From Vulcanimicrobiota bacterium (lineage in GTDB: Bacteria > Vulcanimicrobiota > Vulcanimicrobiia > Eremiobacterales > Eremiobacteraceae): DNA of 64,000 bases. The notes beneath the pieces are model-generated. The model did no database searches. It worked only from the letters and a program-made list of their open reading frames with translations, and had not been told where the DNA came from. Made by a program: the position numbers and the translations under genes. The stretch spans positions 302,469 to 366,468 of the forward strand of contig CAWETU010000005.1 in NCBI GenBank assembly GCA_963812135.1, in the 5' to 3' direction. Below, piece by piece: positions 9,912-21,601 of the stretch. The stretch's first letter is position 1, and each line of letters starts with the position of its first letter.

Positions 9912-10111
9912 CGCAATCATCTATCACGGCGGCTATTCGCGGAGGCCCTCCGATGGAGGCTCGCTGGACCATGCGTAGGATTAGAACAGACACGACTACA
10001 GCGCTGCACGGCCCTCAACCGGCTCGGGCTAGCGGCGCTCATGCCAGGGGTGGTGCCGGAACGGGTGCAGCAAAGGCGGCGCGCAGCGCCGCCGCAGGAG
10101 GATCACTCTCG

Positions 10112-10822
10112 ATGAAACCCCGCATCCTCGGCTCGGCCTTCGCGATCGGCATCGCCTTGACCGCGACGACCAGCGCGCTCGCTGACACGGCCTTCGCCCC
10201 CGACGGCACGTACGAGTACGCGCTCAAGCAGGGCGCGACGACGCTCGCCACCAGTACCGTCACGATCAAGCGATCGGGCAGCGTGGTCTCGTTACGCGAA
10301 AGCCAAACGATCGCCGAGCCGGCGGTCGGCAACGTGCAACTCAACGCCGATGAGTCGGTCCTGGCTGACTCGTTCACGCCGCTGTCGTTCAGCGGAACGA
10401 CCGTATCCTCAGGTAAGAGCCAAGAAGTCAAGTTCTCGTACGCGAGCAACGCCGGCTATTTCACCGTCAACGGCGAGCGGCTGGTGGTGCCGGTCAGAAT
10501 GCTGCCGGGCACGCAGGCGATGATCATCCAGGACCAAACGCTCGTGCTGAGCTTCCTCACGCTACCCGCCGTGCTCCAAGCGACCCGAGCCGGCGCGCTG
10601 ACCGTCGCCGTGCCGACCGCGTCGCGCGTTCACGCGATCACGGTCGATTCGTCGCCGCAGACGAAGCCTTCCACCGTGCCGGCGGCAGACGTCGATGTCG
10701 GTATCGCCGCCGGTAGCGGATCGACCTCGTTCTCCGTCTGGTACGATCCGCACAGCGGTGTGGTCGATGAGATCGACGTGCCCGCGCAATCGCTCACCAT
10801 TTCGTTGACGAAACGCTCCTGA
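10112..10822 (+). CDS. secreted beta-rich hypothetical protein
   Basis: AGGAGGA SD before MKPRILG; signal peptide ending SALA. Confidence 0.75.
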   Translation: MKPRILGSAFAIGIALTATTSALADTAFAPDGTYEYALKQGATTLATSTVTIKRSGSVVSLRESQTIAEPAVGNVQLNADESVLADSFTPLSFSGTTVSSGKSQEVKFSYASNAGYFTVNGERLVVPVRMLPGTQAMIIQDQTLVLSFLTLPAVLQATRAGALTVAVPTASRVHAITVDSSPQTKPSTVPAADVDVGIAAGSGSTSFSVWYDPHSGVVDEIDVPAQSLTISLTKRS

Positions 10823-10833
10823 AAGGAGGGGTA

Positions 10834-11566
10834 ATGAGCAGCGCATCTGAGACCATCGCGCCGGCGCCGGCGGAACGGGTTAGTGGTCTCGCGACATACC
10901 TCAAAGTCCTCTACGCGCCAGGCGAGGCGTTCGCAACGCTCTCCCGCGTGCCGACGTGGGGTTGGGCGGCGGTCGCCGGCATCATCCTGACGCTGATCGG
11001 CGCGTTGATCCTCGACTGCCCGCCACGAGTCACTACCAGACCAGTAGCCAAGAACAGCAATTCTCGCAGATGCCCGCAGATCAGGCGGCCGCTGCGCGCG
11101 AGTTCATGGCGAAGTATCCATGGGTCAACTCGATCGGCCCACTGGTCGGCGCCTTCATCGCTCCTTGGATGATTTGGGTCATCGGCGCGATCGTTTACTT
11201 GATCGCAGCGGCGCTCGGAGGCGGGGAAGCCCGCTTCAAAGCGGCATGGGTTACTGCGGTCAATGCGTATGTCATTCCGGCGCTTGGCAGCATCGTAGGC
11301 GCGGTCATCGTCTCGCTGCGCGGCCCTGCCAACGCCAACTCGATGGCGGATCTGTACGCGCTTCCTTCGTTGAGCATGCTCGTGCACGGCTCTCCCAAGG
11401 TAACCATGTTCCTCTATTCATTCAACATCGTCAACATCTGGTGCTACATCGTTCTCGTCATCGCGCTCCAGCGCATGCTCAAGATGTCCGCGACCGCTGC
11501 GATCGTCAGCCGTCGTCATCGTGGCGCTCATCGGCGGCGGGGCTGCTGGCTCTCGTCGCGAAATGA
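10834..11566 (+). CDS. Yip1-domain membrane protein (YknW-like), frameshifted in this assembly
   Basis: VLYAPGEAFATL...WGW continues after a shift near 11015 into several TM helices (FLYSFNIVNIW); further shift(s) near 11510-11540; strong SD GGAGG. Confidence 0.7.
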
Positions 11567-12967
11567 TGGCACGCGCATTGGTCGTCGCCGCTCTCCTCAT
11601 AGTTGGCGTGGGCCGCTCCCGCGGTGGCCGACGTGCCGGGCGCCGTGCCGAACCCCGCGCCGACCTTGCCGCCGGTGATGACGCTCCAGCAAGCGGTGGA
11701 TTTCGGGCTGGCGCACAACACGACCGTGCTCAAAGCCGTTGCGTCGGCTGCCGAAGCAGGTGCGACGCTCGCTCGCGATCGCGCCATCACGTTGCCGACC
11801 GTGATCGGCCAGATCCAGAACCAGCTCGACAAGAGCAATAACGCCGCCGGGAATTACGCGCAGATCGGCCAAGCGCCGTCGCCGAACTTCTCGCAGAACA
11901 CCGCGGCGGTCGTCGGCACGTTCAACGGCGCGAACCTCACGAACATCTACCAAGCGCGCGCCGACAAGCAGGCCTACGACCAGGCCAATCAGCAGCTGTT
12001 CTTGACGCGCGAGCAATCGATCCAAGACACGGAGACGTCCTTCTACAAACTCGTCCAAACCCGCCAACTTACAGAGGTCGCGCGCGAGAACGTCAACTAT
12101 AACCGCGCGCTCATGCAGATCGCGGAGGTGAACTTCCACGCGGGTAAAGTCGCCGGCCTCGATGAGCTCAAAGCGCAGGTCGCGTACACGACGGCGCTCG
12201 AGCAGCTGTCGTCCGCAAGCGCCGACGAAGAAGATGCGCGCGAGAACCTCGCCCAGCTGATCAGCGCCCCGATGGGCCAGCAATTCGCACTGCCCGATGC
12301 GCCGCCAGAACCGCCGCTGCCGAATCTCGATCAAAAGATCCTCGATCAGGTCGCGCTGACGAACCGGCCGGAGATCACGATCGCACAGGCGCAGCTCTCA
12401 AGCGCGCTCATCTCGAATTACATGGTGGACGCTCCCAACCGTCCGAACGTGGCGCTCACCGGCCTGTGGGGTAACCAAGTCTCGCCGACCAACAACGCGC
12501 AGTTCTACAACCAGTGCGTCCACGAAGGCTTCCCGCCGTCGCAGTGCGGTCCGGGCGGCTCGCACTTCTACGAGATCTCGATCGTCTCGAATTGGACGCT
12601 ACCATTGCTCGACTGGGGCACCGTGCACGCCGGACACGCGAGCGCGTATCGCGCCATCGACTCGCAGATCGCGCAGTTGAGCAGCGCCAAGCAACAGGCG
12701 CTCATCGACGTCGATCAGGCGGTGCGCCGGCTGCTCGTCGACCGCGACAATCTTCGGCTCGCCACCAGCAATGTCGGCGTCGCGCGTCAAGCCGCGCTCA
12801 TCTCCGCGGTGCAGTACAAAGTCGGTCTTGCGACACAGACCGATGTGAGCGCCGCGCAGCAGGCGTATCTGACCGCGGCTCGCGACCTGCTCACCGCGCA
12901 GGTCGAATACGTCCTTGGCATCGTGAAGCTCAAGCTCGTCACCGGCACGTTGACAGGGGCCATATGA
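11563..12967 (+). CDS. TolC-family outer membrane efflux protein (one frameshift near 11600 in the signal peptide)
   Basis: MTLQQAVDFGLAHN, NRPEITIAQ, WTLPLLDWG, QYKVGLATQTDV. Confidence 0.85.
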
Positions 12968-14391
12968 AAAAGATTTGGAACAACCCGGTCTGGCGGATCG
13001 GCATCATCGCAGGCGCGTTGGTGTTGCTGATCGGCATCGGCGTCGCGGGTCACCGCGGGCCTGATGCGATCGAGACCAAGACGGTGGTCGTGAAGACGAC
13101 GACGCTGACTGTGAAGCTGCCCGAGAACGGCGTGCTTTCTCGGCCGCAGACGACGACGATCGCGGCTACCGCATCCGGCAATATCCTCGAGATCTTCGCA
13201 AAGGAAAGCGCTCGCGTGCGCAAGGGCGATCTCCTCATGAAGCTTGACGACCGCCAGATCGCGACGTCAGTCGCCACCGACCGCGCGACGGTCGCTGAAG
13301 CAGCGGCGACGCTGACGAGTGCGCAGGCGCGCTTGCAAGCCGACATCAACGCGAAAAGCGAAGGGCAGATCTCCGGCGGACTCGGCGCGTCCTCGATCGG
13401 CCTTTCTGGCGCATCGCAACTCGTCCAAGCCGAGCAGACGCTCACATCCTCGCGTTTGAACCTGCAAACCGCCAAAGAGACCTACCAAGCCGATCAGGAG
13501 CTGTACAAGATCAATGGGCTGCCGCGTCAGCAGCTCGATAAAGACAAGGCGGCGTATGACGAAGCCGTGGCCAACCAAGTGGCCGCGCAGCAGCAATACG
13601 ACCTGCTCAAGCAACAGCTGCGTGAGACCGGCGGCCAGCTCGACACGCAGATCACCGCCGACCGCTCCTCGGTCGCCAGCGCAGAGGCGCAACTCGCATC
13701 GGCGAACGCCTCGCTCTCGCTCCACACGAACGATCTCGCGAATACCGAAGTGCGCGCTCCGTTCGACGGCGTGATCCAGCAGATCGGTACCGCGTCCACC
13801 GGCGCGTCGACGCCGCTGGCGCCAGGCGATGCCGTCTCCCCAGGCGAGCTGCTGTTCACCATCGCGGCTGCGGGGCCGATGGTCGTGAAGGCGCAAGTCG
13901 ACGAACAGGACATCATCAACGTCAAGCCGGGCCAACGCGCGGTCATCACCGGGGAGGACTTCCCCGGGCGCTCGCTGCCCGGCACGGTCAGCAACGTCGC
14001 CGCGGTCGTCGTCCAGGTCAGCCAAGCCGGCAACAGCGCGAAGAACGTGGAGACGACTATCTCGCTTCAACGAGATTATCCGTTCTTGCGCGCCGGGATG
14101 TCATGCGATGTCGATATCATCACCGCCGAAGCCAAGAACGCTCTCGTCGTGCCGCTCGCCGCAGTGATCGACGACGGGGCCAAGCACTTCGTCTACGTCG
14201 TCAAGCAGAACAAAGCCACCAAGATCCAGGTCGACAAAGGGCTCGCAAGCGACACCGACGTCGTCATCACGCGCGGTCTCAAGAGCGGCGACGTCGTCGC
14301 GACGACGAACGTGAAGGATCTCAAGGACGGCGCGACCGTGAAAGCCGCGCCCGTGGCCTCTCCCGCGCCGAGCACCTCACCCGGCTCGTGA
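12964..14391 (+). CDS. efflux periplasmic adaptor (membrane fusion protein)
   Basis: N-terminal TM, VRKGDLLMKLD, coiled coil, VRAPFDGVI, VDEQDIINVKPGQ, GLKSGDVV. Confidence 0.9.
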   Translation: MKKIWNNPVWRIGIIAGALVLLIGIGVAGHRGPDAIETKTVVVKTTTLTVKLPENGVLSRPQTTTIAATASGNILEIFAKESARVRKGDLLMKLDDRQIATSVATDRATVAEAAATLTSAQARLQADINAKSEGQISGGLGASSIGLSGASQLVQAEQTLTSSRLNLQTAKETYQADQELYKINGLPRQQLDKDKAAYDEAVANQVAAQQQYDLLKQQLRETGGQLDTQITADRSSVASAEAQLASANASLSLHTNDLANTEVRAPFDGVIQQIGTASTGASTPLAPGDAVSPGELLFTIAAAGPMVVKAQVDEQDIINVKPGQRAVITGEDFPGRSLPGTVSNVAAVVVQVSQAGNSAKNVETTISLQRDYPFLRAGMSCDVDIITAEAKNALVVPLAAVIDDGAKHFVYVVKQNKATKIQVDKGLASDTDVVITRGLKSGDVVATTNVKDLKDGATVKAAPVASPAPSTSPGS

Positions 14392-15587
14392 AGCTCTGGG
14401 AGTTCTTAGGCGCAGCAGTCGAGACGCTGTGGGCGAACCGGATGCGCTCCATCCTCACGATGCTGGGGATCGTGATCGGCACGGCCGCAGTGATCGCGAT
14501 CTTCGCGATTGGGCAATCCGCCGCCGCAGGGATCCAAAGCCAGCTCGCGACCATCGGCAACCCGGGCATCATCATCTACCCGGACTTCCAGGTCGCGCGG
14601 GCAAATCGTGCCAGGCTGCAATGGAGCGACGTGCTCAGGCTGCGCTCGGAGTGCGCCTCATGCAGTCAGGTCTTTCCGCGGTTCGGCGCGATCTTCACGA
14701 CGCGATCCGGGCACAAACAGAACGCGTTCCTGCTCGTTTCGGGGACGGATTATGTCTCGGACTTCCGCCCGCTCGCCGAGGGCCGCCGTTTCGACGCCGA
14801 CGACGTCGATTCGGCGCGCTCCGTGGCCATCATCGAGTGGGAGACGAAGCGCGAACTGTTCGGTGACCGGTCTGCGATCGGGGAGGAGATCCACGTCGGC
14901 GGACATCGGTTCACCGTCGTGGGCGTTTTTACGAAGTTCGCGGTGCTCAACAGCGGTCCCGGGGGAGGCAGCACGTTCGTCGTCTACATCCCGTATACGA
15001 CGTATCACTTGCTGCCCGGATCGAGCGTCAGGAATCTTCAAGTCTATCCGGCGCCAGGCGCATCGGTGGCCACGACGACGGCCGAGGTGTATCGGTTGTT
15101 GCAGCAGCGGTACGGCCCGAAGGCCAAGTATGCGACGTTCGACTTCACAAAGCAGGTCGGCGCCTTCCTCACGGTGATCCAGGGAGTCGCGCTCGGGATC
15201 TCTGCGATCGGCGGCATCGCGCTCGTCGTCGGCGGCATCGGCGTCATGAACATCATGCTCGTCTCGGTCAATGAGCGCACACGCGAGATCGGGATCCGCA
15301 AAGCGATCGGCGCGAAGGCGTCCGATATCGTCATGCAGTTCCTCGTCGAGGCGGCCGCGATCACGCTCATCGGGGGTCTGATCGGGATCCTCATCGGCGC
15401 GGGCAGCGCCATCGCAGCCAATACGCTCTTCGTCACGAAGCTCACCGGAACCGTCGCCACGATACAGTGGTTGCCGATCATCGTCAGCGCGGCCGGCTTT
15501 TCGATACTGATCGGCTTGATATTCGGAACGTACCCTGCGATCCGCGCGTCGCGACTCTCACCCGTGGACTGCCTGCGCCATGAATAA
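14388..15587 (+). CDS. MacB/FtsX-like ABC permease 1
   Basis: RSILTMLGIVIG, GGIGVMNIMLVSVNERTREIGIRKAIGA, QFLVEA, DCLRHE; GTG start overlaps the upstream stop. Confidence 0.92.
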   Translation: MKLWEFLGAAVETLWANRMRSILTMLGIVIGTAAVIAIFAIGQSAAAGIQSQLATIGNPGIIIYPDFQVARANRARLQWSDVLRLRSECASCSQVFPRFGAIFTTRSGHKQNAFLLVSGTDYVSDFRPLAEGRRFDADDVDSARSVAIIEWETKRELFGDRSAIGEEIHVGGHRFTVVGVFTKFAVLNSGPGGGSTFVVYIPYTTYHLLPGSSVRNLQVYPAPGASVATTTAEVYRLLQQRYGPKAKYATFDFTKQVGAFLTVIQGVALGISAIGGIALVVGGIGVMNIMLVSVNERTREIGIRKAIGAKASDIVMQFLVEAAAITLIGGLIGILIGAGSAIAANTLFVTKLTGTVATIQWLPIIVSAAGFSILIGLIFGTYPAIRASRLSPVDCLRHE

Positions 15588-16785
15588 GCTCCTTGAATAC
15601 GTCGCGCAAGGGCTTCAAACGCTGTGGATCAACCGGCTCCGCTCGCTCCTCACCGCGCTCGGCATCATCATCGGGGTCGGTTCGGTCATCGCCATCCTGG
15701 CGACCGGCGATTCGCTGACGAAGTCGACCCAGACGATCCTGTCAGGATACTCGCTCGCCTGGTCGTTCGTCTCGGCGCGCCAGCAGCAGCCTGACCCTGC
15801 CAAGGCGGCCGTCCGCTTTGACGACGCGCGGCGGGTGGCGCGGCTCGTCAAGGATGCCGATGCCGTGCTGCCGATCATCGACGTCCAGATGACGGCGGAC
15901 GTCAATCATCACAAAATAGACGCCGAAGTCGTCAGCGCTGGACCAGGCGAAGGCTACGATACAACGCCGCTTGCGGATGGCACGCGGTTCACCGAAAACC
16001 AAGTCGCCGCACATCAACACGTCGCGATCATCTCAGACTCGCTGCGCAACAAGCTTTTCCCGAACGAATCGCCGATGGGCCGATCGATCCGGTTGGATGG
16101 AAGCTACTATCGGATCGTGGGCGTGCAGACGCCGCCGACGACCGGCGGGCTGCTCGGTTCGTTCGCCCAGTATCCCGACGTCACCATCCCGTACACGATC
16201 GCGCCCGATCTCGGATACACGTTCGTCGCGTTTCTTGCCGTGCACGCGCCGGATCCGGCGAGTGCCGGCAAGATCGGCAATGAGGCGGCGGCGGCGCTGC
16301 GCACCATCCACGGCGAGCGCACGCAATACGATGAAGAGGACATCCAAGGCGATAACCAGAGCATCCGCAACGTCTTCGGCGTGTTGACCGGTGTGGTCGG
16401 CGTGATCGCGGCGATCTCGCTGCTGGTCGGCGGCGTCGGCATCATGAACATCATGCTCGTCTCCGTCACCGAGCGCACGCGCGAGATCGGCATCCGCAAG
16501 GCGATCGGCGCGGCACGCACCGACATCATGTTGCAGTTCCTGATCGAGGCGGTGCTGCTGTGCCTCGCCGGAGGGCTGATCGGGTTGGCCATCGGCGTCA
16601 GCCTCGCCGAGTTGCTCATCCATACGCTCATCTCGAGCCTCACCGGTCCGACGGTCGCGTTCGATTGGTTGCCGGTCGCCGAGGTGGCGATCGGTTTCTC
16701 CGCCGGGATCGGCATCGTGTTCGGTACCTATCCCGCGATCAGAGCTTCGTTCTTGAACCCGATCGACTGCTTGCGTTATGAATAA
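15580..16785 (+). CDS. MacB/FtsX-like ABC permease 2
   Basis: RSLLTALGIIIG, GGVGIMNIMLVSVTERTREIGIRKAIGA, DCLRYE. Confidence 0.92.
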   Translation: MNKLLEYVAQGLQTLWINRLRSLLTALGIIIGVGSVIAILATGDSLTKSTQTILSGYSLAWSFVSARQQQPDPAKAAVRFDDARRVARLVKDADAVLPIIDVQMTADVNHHKIDAEVVSAGPGEGYDTTPLADGTRFTENQVAAHQHVAIISDSLRNKLFPNESPMGRSIRLDGSYYRIVGVQTPPTTGGLLGSFAQYPDVTIPYTIAPDLGYTFVAFLAVHAPDPASAGKIGNEAAAALRTIHGERTQYDEEDIQGDNQSIRNVFGVLTGVVGVIAAISLLVGGVGIMNIMLVSVTERTREIGIRKAIGAARTDIMLQFLIEAVLLCLAGGLIGLAIGVSLAELLIHTLISSLTGPTVAFDWLPVAEVAIGFSAGIGIVFGTYPAIRASFLNPIDCLRYE

Positions 16786-17503
16786 CGTCATCGAGATCGA
16801 GCAGCTGACCAAGACCTACATGATCGGCGACATCAAGGTTCCGGCGCTGCGCGGTATTTCGTTCACCGTGGCGCCCGGCGAATACGTGGCGATCATGGGA
16901 CCGTCTGGATCGGGCAAATCGACGCTGATGAACCTGATCGGTTGTTTGGACAAGCCGACCACCGGGCTGTATCGTCTCGACGGCGTCGATGTCGGAGCGC
17001 AGAACGACCAGCAGTTGGCCGCGATCCGGCTCAAGAAGCTCGGCTTCGTCTTTCAGGGGTTTAATCTGTTGCCGCGGACGTCTGCCGTGCGCAACGTCGC
17101 GCTGCCGCTCTTCTATTCGGGCGACCGCGACCGCGAAGCGAAGGCCAAGGCCGTGCTTGAGAAGGTCGGGCTTGGCGATCGCATCTACCACCGGCCCAAC
17201 GAACTATCAGGCGGCCAACAGCAGCGCGTGGCCATCGCGCGAGCTTTGGTAAACGACCCAGCTCTTGTGCTTGCGGACGAGCCGACCGGTAACCTCGACT
17301 CAGCGACCGCGGACAGTATCATGGGACTATTTCAACAGCTCAACGGCGAAGGCCACACGATCATCATGGTGACCCACGACGAAGATATCGCGAAATACTC
17401 GAAGCGCATCATCCGGCTGCGCGACGGGTTGGTAATCGAAGACGCGCCGGTCGCTGACCAGACGATCGCCGGCCGAATAAATTCGGCCGCTACATCAGGT
17501 TAG
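16778..17503 (+). CDS. ABC transporter ATP-binding protein (MacB/LolD type)
   Basis: [38 protein letters not shown]. Confidence 0.95.
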   Translation: MNNVIEIEQLTKTYMIGDIKVPALRGISFTVAPGEYVAIMGPSGSGKSTLMNLIGCLDKPTTGLYRLDGVDVGAQNDQQLAAIRLKKLGFVFQGFNLLPRTSAVRNVALPLFYSGDRDREAKAKAVLEKVGLGDRIYHRPNELSGGQQQRVAIARALVNDPALVLADEPTGNLDSATADSIMGLFQQLNGEGHTIIMVTHDEDIAKYSKRIIRLRDGLVIEDAPVADQTIAGRINSAATSG

Positions 17504-17533
17504 ACGGTCGAATAAATTCGACCGCTACATCAG
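17470..17533 (-). repeat. two tandem REP family 1 copies
   Basis: cggccgaataaattcggccgctacatcag (17470-17498) and cggtcgaataaattcgaccgctacatcag (17505-17533). Confidence 0.9.
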
Positions 17534-18144
17534 TAGGCGATGACAAGCGCTTGATGGATGTAATCCTTGCGCGGCAGCTCGCGCACGATGAAGTCGGCGA
17601 GATCGGCCCGCGACACGCGCCAGCCGCCTTGCGGCGCGCCGGCGGTCGATAGCCGGTAGCCGCCGGTCCGCGGTCCGTCGCGCAGGATCGGCGGGCGCAC
17701 GATCGTCCAGTCCAGCCCGCTTTTGAATATCTCCATCTCCTGACGTTCTTTGTCGTCGAAGACGCGCTGCAAGAACAGAGGACGCACGATCTTCTCGAAG
17801 AGGAAGCCGCCTTCGATGTCGCTCGCGCTCGTGACGACGATGAGGCGGCCGACGCCTTGGCTTTTCATCGCGGCGATGATGCGCACGATCGATTGGGAGC
17901 AGATCGAGTCGTCGGCGCGTGGAGCGGGTCCGAGCGTGGAAACGACCGCGTCTTGGCCGGCGATAGCCTCTTCGACCGAGCGCTCGTCGAGCACGTCACC
18001 GACGACGACGCGCAACTTGGGATGCTCGATCCCATCGGGAAAGCGCTCGCGAACGAACGCGGTGACCGCATGGCCCTTTTCGAGCGCCTGCTCGACGACG
18101 AGGCGCCCAGTCCGCCCGGACGCGCCGAAAACGACGACTTTCAT
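17530..18144 (-). CDS. NAD(P)H-binding flavin reductase / atypical SDR
   Basis: VVFGASGRTG, VVGDVLD, SGLDWTIVRPP, VSRADLADF. Confidence 0.9.
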   Translation of the reverse strand: MKVVVFGASGRTGRLVVEQALEKGHAVTAFVRERFPDGIEHPKLRVVVGDVLDERSVEEAIAGQDAVVSTLGPAPRADDSICSQSIVRIIAAMKSQGVGRLIVVTSASDIEGGFLFEKIVRPLFLQRVFDDKERQEMEIFKSGLDWTIVRPPILRDGPRTGGYRLSTAGAPQGGWRVSRADLADFIVRELPRKDYIHQALVIAY

Positions 18145-18185
18145 ACGTGTTCCGTGCGACGTGCGCGGCTGTCAGGCGGCTCTCC

Positions 18186-18220
18186 TTGACGGTTTAGCAC
18201 TCGGACTGGTATAGTGCTAA
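18186..18220 (+). promoter_or_regulatory. CIRCE element (HrcA operator) overlapping a sigma70 promoter
   Basis: TTAGCACTC-N9-TAGTGCTAA at 18194-18220 (1 mismatch to consensus); TTGACG 18186-18191 and TGnTATAGT 18207-18215; upstream of htrA-dnaK. Confidence 0.88.
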
Positions 18221-18336
18221 GGCATCGAAAAAGCCTCGATTTGGGCCACGTTATGGGACGCTTGGGTATCCCCAGACTCGTCCCAGGAACATCAGTCACC
18301 ATCAGAAGGTAGTCAGCATGGGCGGTCCCATGCACC

Positions 18337-18358
18337 GGCGGCGAACGCCGCCTTTTTT
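18337..18358 (+). terminator. intrinsic terminator inside the htrA-dnaK leader
   Basis: GGCGGC-GAAC-GCCGCC followed by TTTTTT. Confidence 0.7.
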
Positions 18359-18407
18359 CGCATGACAACCTTGGTGCAGGTTTAGCTTTAGGAGAAAAGA
18401 CGATCCC

Positions 18408-19589
18408 ATGAGTTCCCCAACACGCAATACTTTGCTCGTCGGCGCGGTCGGCGTGCTCGTCGGCGCTGCGCTCGTCACCAACTGGCAGAGCCTCCGCGCG
18501 ACGCACAACCCCGTCGCCGTGGCGCCGGCTGCGAGCGCCGCATACGCGGCCGCGCTGCATTCGGATGACCTCGAGCAGCGCATCATCGAAGCGGTCAAGC
18601 GCGCCGAGCCCTCGGTCGTGCTCATCCGCTCCACGCTGCACGGCCAGCAGATCGATCCATTCAGCCAGTTCTTCGGCCAGTCCGGACCCGGCGGCGCGCA
18701 GGGCGAGCCCTTCATCGCGCACGCGTCCGGCAGCGGCTTCATCTTTAGAAAAGACGGCGACACCGCGTACGTCGCGACGAACGCGCACGTCGTGTACAGC
18801 GCCGATAAGATCGAAGTGCTCTTGGCCAACGGCCGCAAGGTCCAAGCCGAGAAGGTCGGCTCTGACATCCGTACCGACCTTGCCGTCCTGCGCATCACCG
18901 GCAGCAACCTGCCGCCGGCTCTGCCGCTGGGCGATTCCAACGCGCTCCAGCAAGGCCAGTTCGTGCTGGCGATCGGCGAGCCTGAGTCCTTCCAGAACTC
19001 GGTGAGCCTGGGCATCGTGTCCGCGTTACACCGCTCCGACATCACGGCGGGCGGCGACGGCACGTTCAACATCCCATCGATCAAGTACAGTGATCTCTTG
19101 CAGACCACGGCGCCGATCAATCCCGGCAACTCGGGCGGTCCGCTCGTCACCATCGCCGGGCAGGTCGTCGGCATCGCCGCGGTCGTCGATCCGCGCGCGC
19201 AGAACATCGGTTTCGCGATCCCGATCAATGCGGCGCAGCCGATCATCGCGCAGCTCGAGACCCACAAGACGATCAGCCACCCGTACATCGGCGTCGCTAT
19301 GACGTCGCTATCCGACCGCATCGCCAACTATCTCGGCTACGACGGCAAAGAGGGGATCGTGGTGACCCAGGTCGTGCCGGGCAGCCCCGCCGACAAGGTG
19401 GGCTTGCAGCAAGGCGACGTGATCGTCGAGATCAACCATACCAAGGTCAAGGAGCCTGCGGACGTGGCGAACACCGTCTCCAAGCTCAAGACCGGGGATA
19501 AGGTCACGCTGCTGGTGTGGCGCAAGGGAGCACTTACGCCCTACGACGTCACGCTGGCGGACATGCCCGAACAGCTGCCCCAGGGATGA
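18408..19589 (+). CDS. htrA: HtrA/DegP serine protease with PDZ domain
   Basis: SGSGFI, ATNAHVV, DLAVL, INPGNSGGPL, PDZ segment GSPADKVGLQQGDVI. Confidence 0.92.
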   Translation: MSSPTRNTLLVGAVGVLVGAALVTNWQSLRATHNPVAVAPAASAAYAAALHSDDLEQRIIEAVKRAEPSVVLIRSTLHGQQIDPFSQFFGQSGPGGAQGEPFIAHASGSGFIFRKDGDTAYVATNAHVVYSADKIEVLLANGRKVQAEKVGSDIRTDLAVLRITGSNLPPALPLGDSNALQQGQFVLAIGEPESFQNSVSLGIVSALHRSDITAGGDGTFNIPSIKYSDLLQTTAPINPGNSGGPLVTIAGQVVGIAAVVDPRAQNIGFAIPINAAQPIIAQLETHKTISHPYIGVAMTSLSDRIANYLGYDGKEGIVVTQVVPGSPADKVGLQQGDVIVEINHTKVKEPADVANTVSKLKTGDKVTLLVWRKGALTPYDVTLADMPEQLPQG

Positions 19590-19659
19590 TCGGGAAGGCT
19601 GCTTAGCCCGGCATAGTCCGGGTACGATAGACCCACACAACCAGTCCCAGAAGCAAAAA

Positions 19660-19694
19660 GGCGACGCGCTCGCGAAGTGAGCGCGTCCCCTACA
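19660..19694 (-). repeat. GTAG-type palindrome, family 2
   Basis: Minus strand GTAGGGGACGCGCTC-ACTTCGC-GAGCGCGTC; related to 57017-57044. Confidence 0.55.
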
Positions 19695-19710
19695 TTTCAG
19701 AGGAGTCGTT

Positions 19711-21591
<1,881 letters not shown>

Positions 21592-21601
21592 GGCGCCGGC
21601 G

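Noticed and set aside
9908..10111. N-terminal extension of ORF 9908..10822, or a separate small gene
   Set aside because: A strong SD and signal peptide place the start at 10112; the upstream 200 nt give no convincing protein in any frame, though a frameshifted small gene cannot be excluded.
19590..19710. HAIR (HspR) operator upstream of dnaK
   Set aside because: No CTTGAGT-N7-ACTCAAG match; the inverted repeat present is a GTAG-type hairpin.
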